Shown piece after piece: positions 5,074-5,471 of a stretch of 5,471 nucleotides of DNA. Source of the DNA: a virus (Duplodnaviria; Heunggongvirae; Uroviricota; Caudoviricetes); IMG/VR virus record IMGVR_UViG_2713896904_000005. One strand, written 5' to 3'. The translations under genes and the position numbers were made by a program. The notes under the pieces are model-generated. The model saw only the letters and a program-made list of their open reading frames with translations, was not told where the DNA came from and did not search any database. Numbering within the stretch: the stretch's first letter is position 1; the number at the start of each line of letters is the position of its first letter.

Positions 5074-5280
5074 ATGCACAAAACAGAACCAAAAATCGTC
5101 GCACCCGGATACACAAATGAGGAAATTTACGAGTGGATGGCAAAGAAGCTGGCAGCTATAAACCAGCTTCGTGAAGTGCTGTCTTATCGACAGGAAACAA
5201 TAGACTCCTTAAAAAAACTGGATCAGGAAATCACGGTTTTATCACAGGATGTTACTTTAGATATTGTGCAGACAAATTAG
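5074..5280 (+). CDS. Small hypothetical protein (68 aa), first ORF downstream of the pL-like promoter
   Basis: ATG 5074 preceded by a strong SD GAGGAGG (5061..5067) at 6-nt spacing. Product MHKTEPKIVAPGYTNEEIYEWMAKKLAAINQLREVLSYRQETIDSLKKLDQEITVLSQDVTLDIVQTN is predicted helical/amphipathic with no family I recognise. The track's 5059 start is a TTG that falls on the SD itself. The antisense strand is full of stops. Confidence 0.6.
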   Translation: MHKTEPKIVAPGYTNEEIYEWMAKKLAAINQLREVLSYRQETIDSLKKLDQEITVLSQDVTLDIVQTN

Positions 5281-5471
5281 GATCCCATTCATTTTCGTCA
5301 AAATCATCAAAGTGATGAATTTGTGATCTCCAGTCTCGATAATCTAAAAATTTCTGGGCGGTTACGCTTATTTTATCAAGCGTGAGTTCATCCTGAATTG
5401 AAAGAAGAAGTTCATCTGAACCGCCCCGGGTTTCCTGGAGAGTGTTTTATCTGTGAACTCAGGCTGCCAGA

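Noticed and set aside
5179-5193. LexA/SOS-box-like CTGT-N7-ACAG
   Set aside because: Spacing is 7 not 8, and it lies inside the small ORF coding sequence; probably chance. No canonical CTGT-N8-ACAG box seen elsewhere in the window.
5074-5280. Small ORF as an N-type antiterminator
   Set aside because: No arginine-rich N-terminal motif and no boxB-like hairpin 3' of the boxA-like element.
5368-5471. Minus-strand open frame entering from the right edge (...MNFFFQFRMNSRLIK, stop at 5368..5370), and an inverted repeat TGAGTTCA/TGAACTCA at 5382..5389 and 5453..5460
   Set aside because: Only 33 codons are visible with no recognisable motif, so it is not callable from this window. If real, it would be a convergent gene whose transcript the 4991..5015 hairpin could terminate.

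Overview
This window is the immunity and early-replication core of a lambdoid enterobacterial prophage. A CI-like, SOS-cleavable repressor (4165..4839, +) faces a minus-strand early operon, read from high to low coordinates: cro-like (3874..4074), CII-like regulator (3279..3842), a 112-aa ORFan (2944..3282), an O-like replication initiator with an internal iteron/ori array (1993..2934), a PerC-like small protein (1502..1990), a LexA DNA-binding-domain-only protein (1176..1502), RusA resolvase (790..1179), and a KilA-N protein (770..<1, cut by the window edge and absent from the ORF track). Three 19-bp operators share one architecture (ATGTACC-N5-GGTACAT): two between cro and cI, one in the spacer of a strong promoter downstream of the cI terminator. 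That promoter drives a leader with a hairpin and an rrn-type boxA-like motif, then a 68-aa ORF of unknown function. The most unusual point is that no P/DnaC-type helicase loader follows the initiator; a translationally coupled PerC-like plus uncleavable LexA-like pair sits there instead. All family assignments are from reading the translations by eye; no database search was run.
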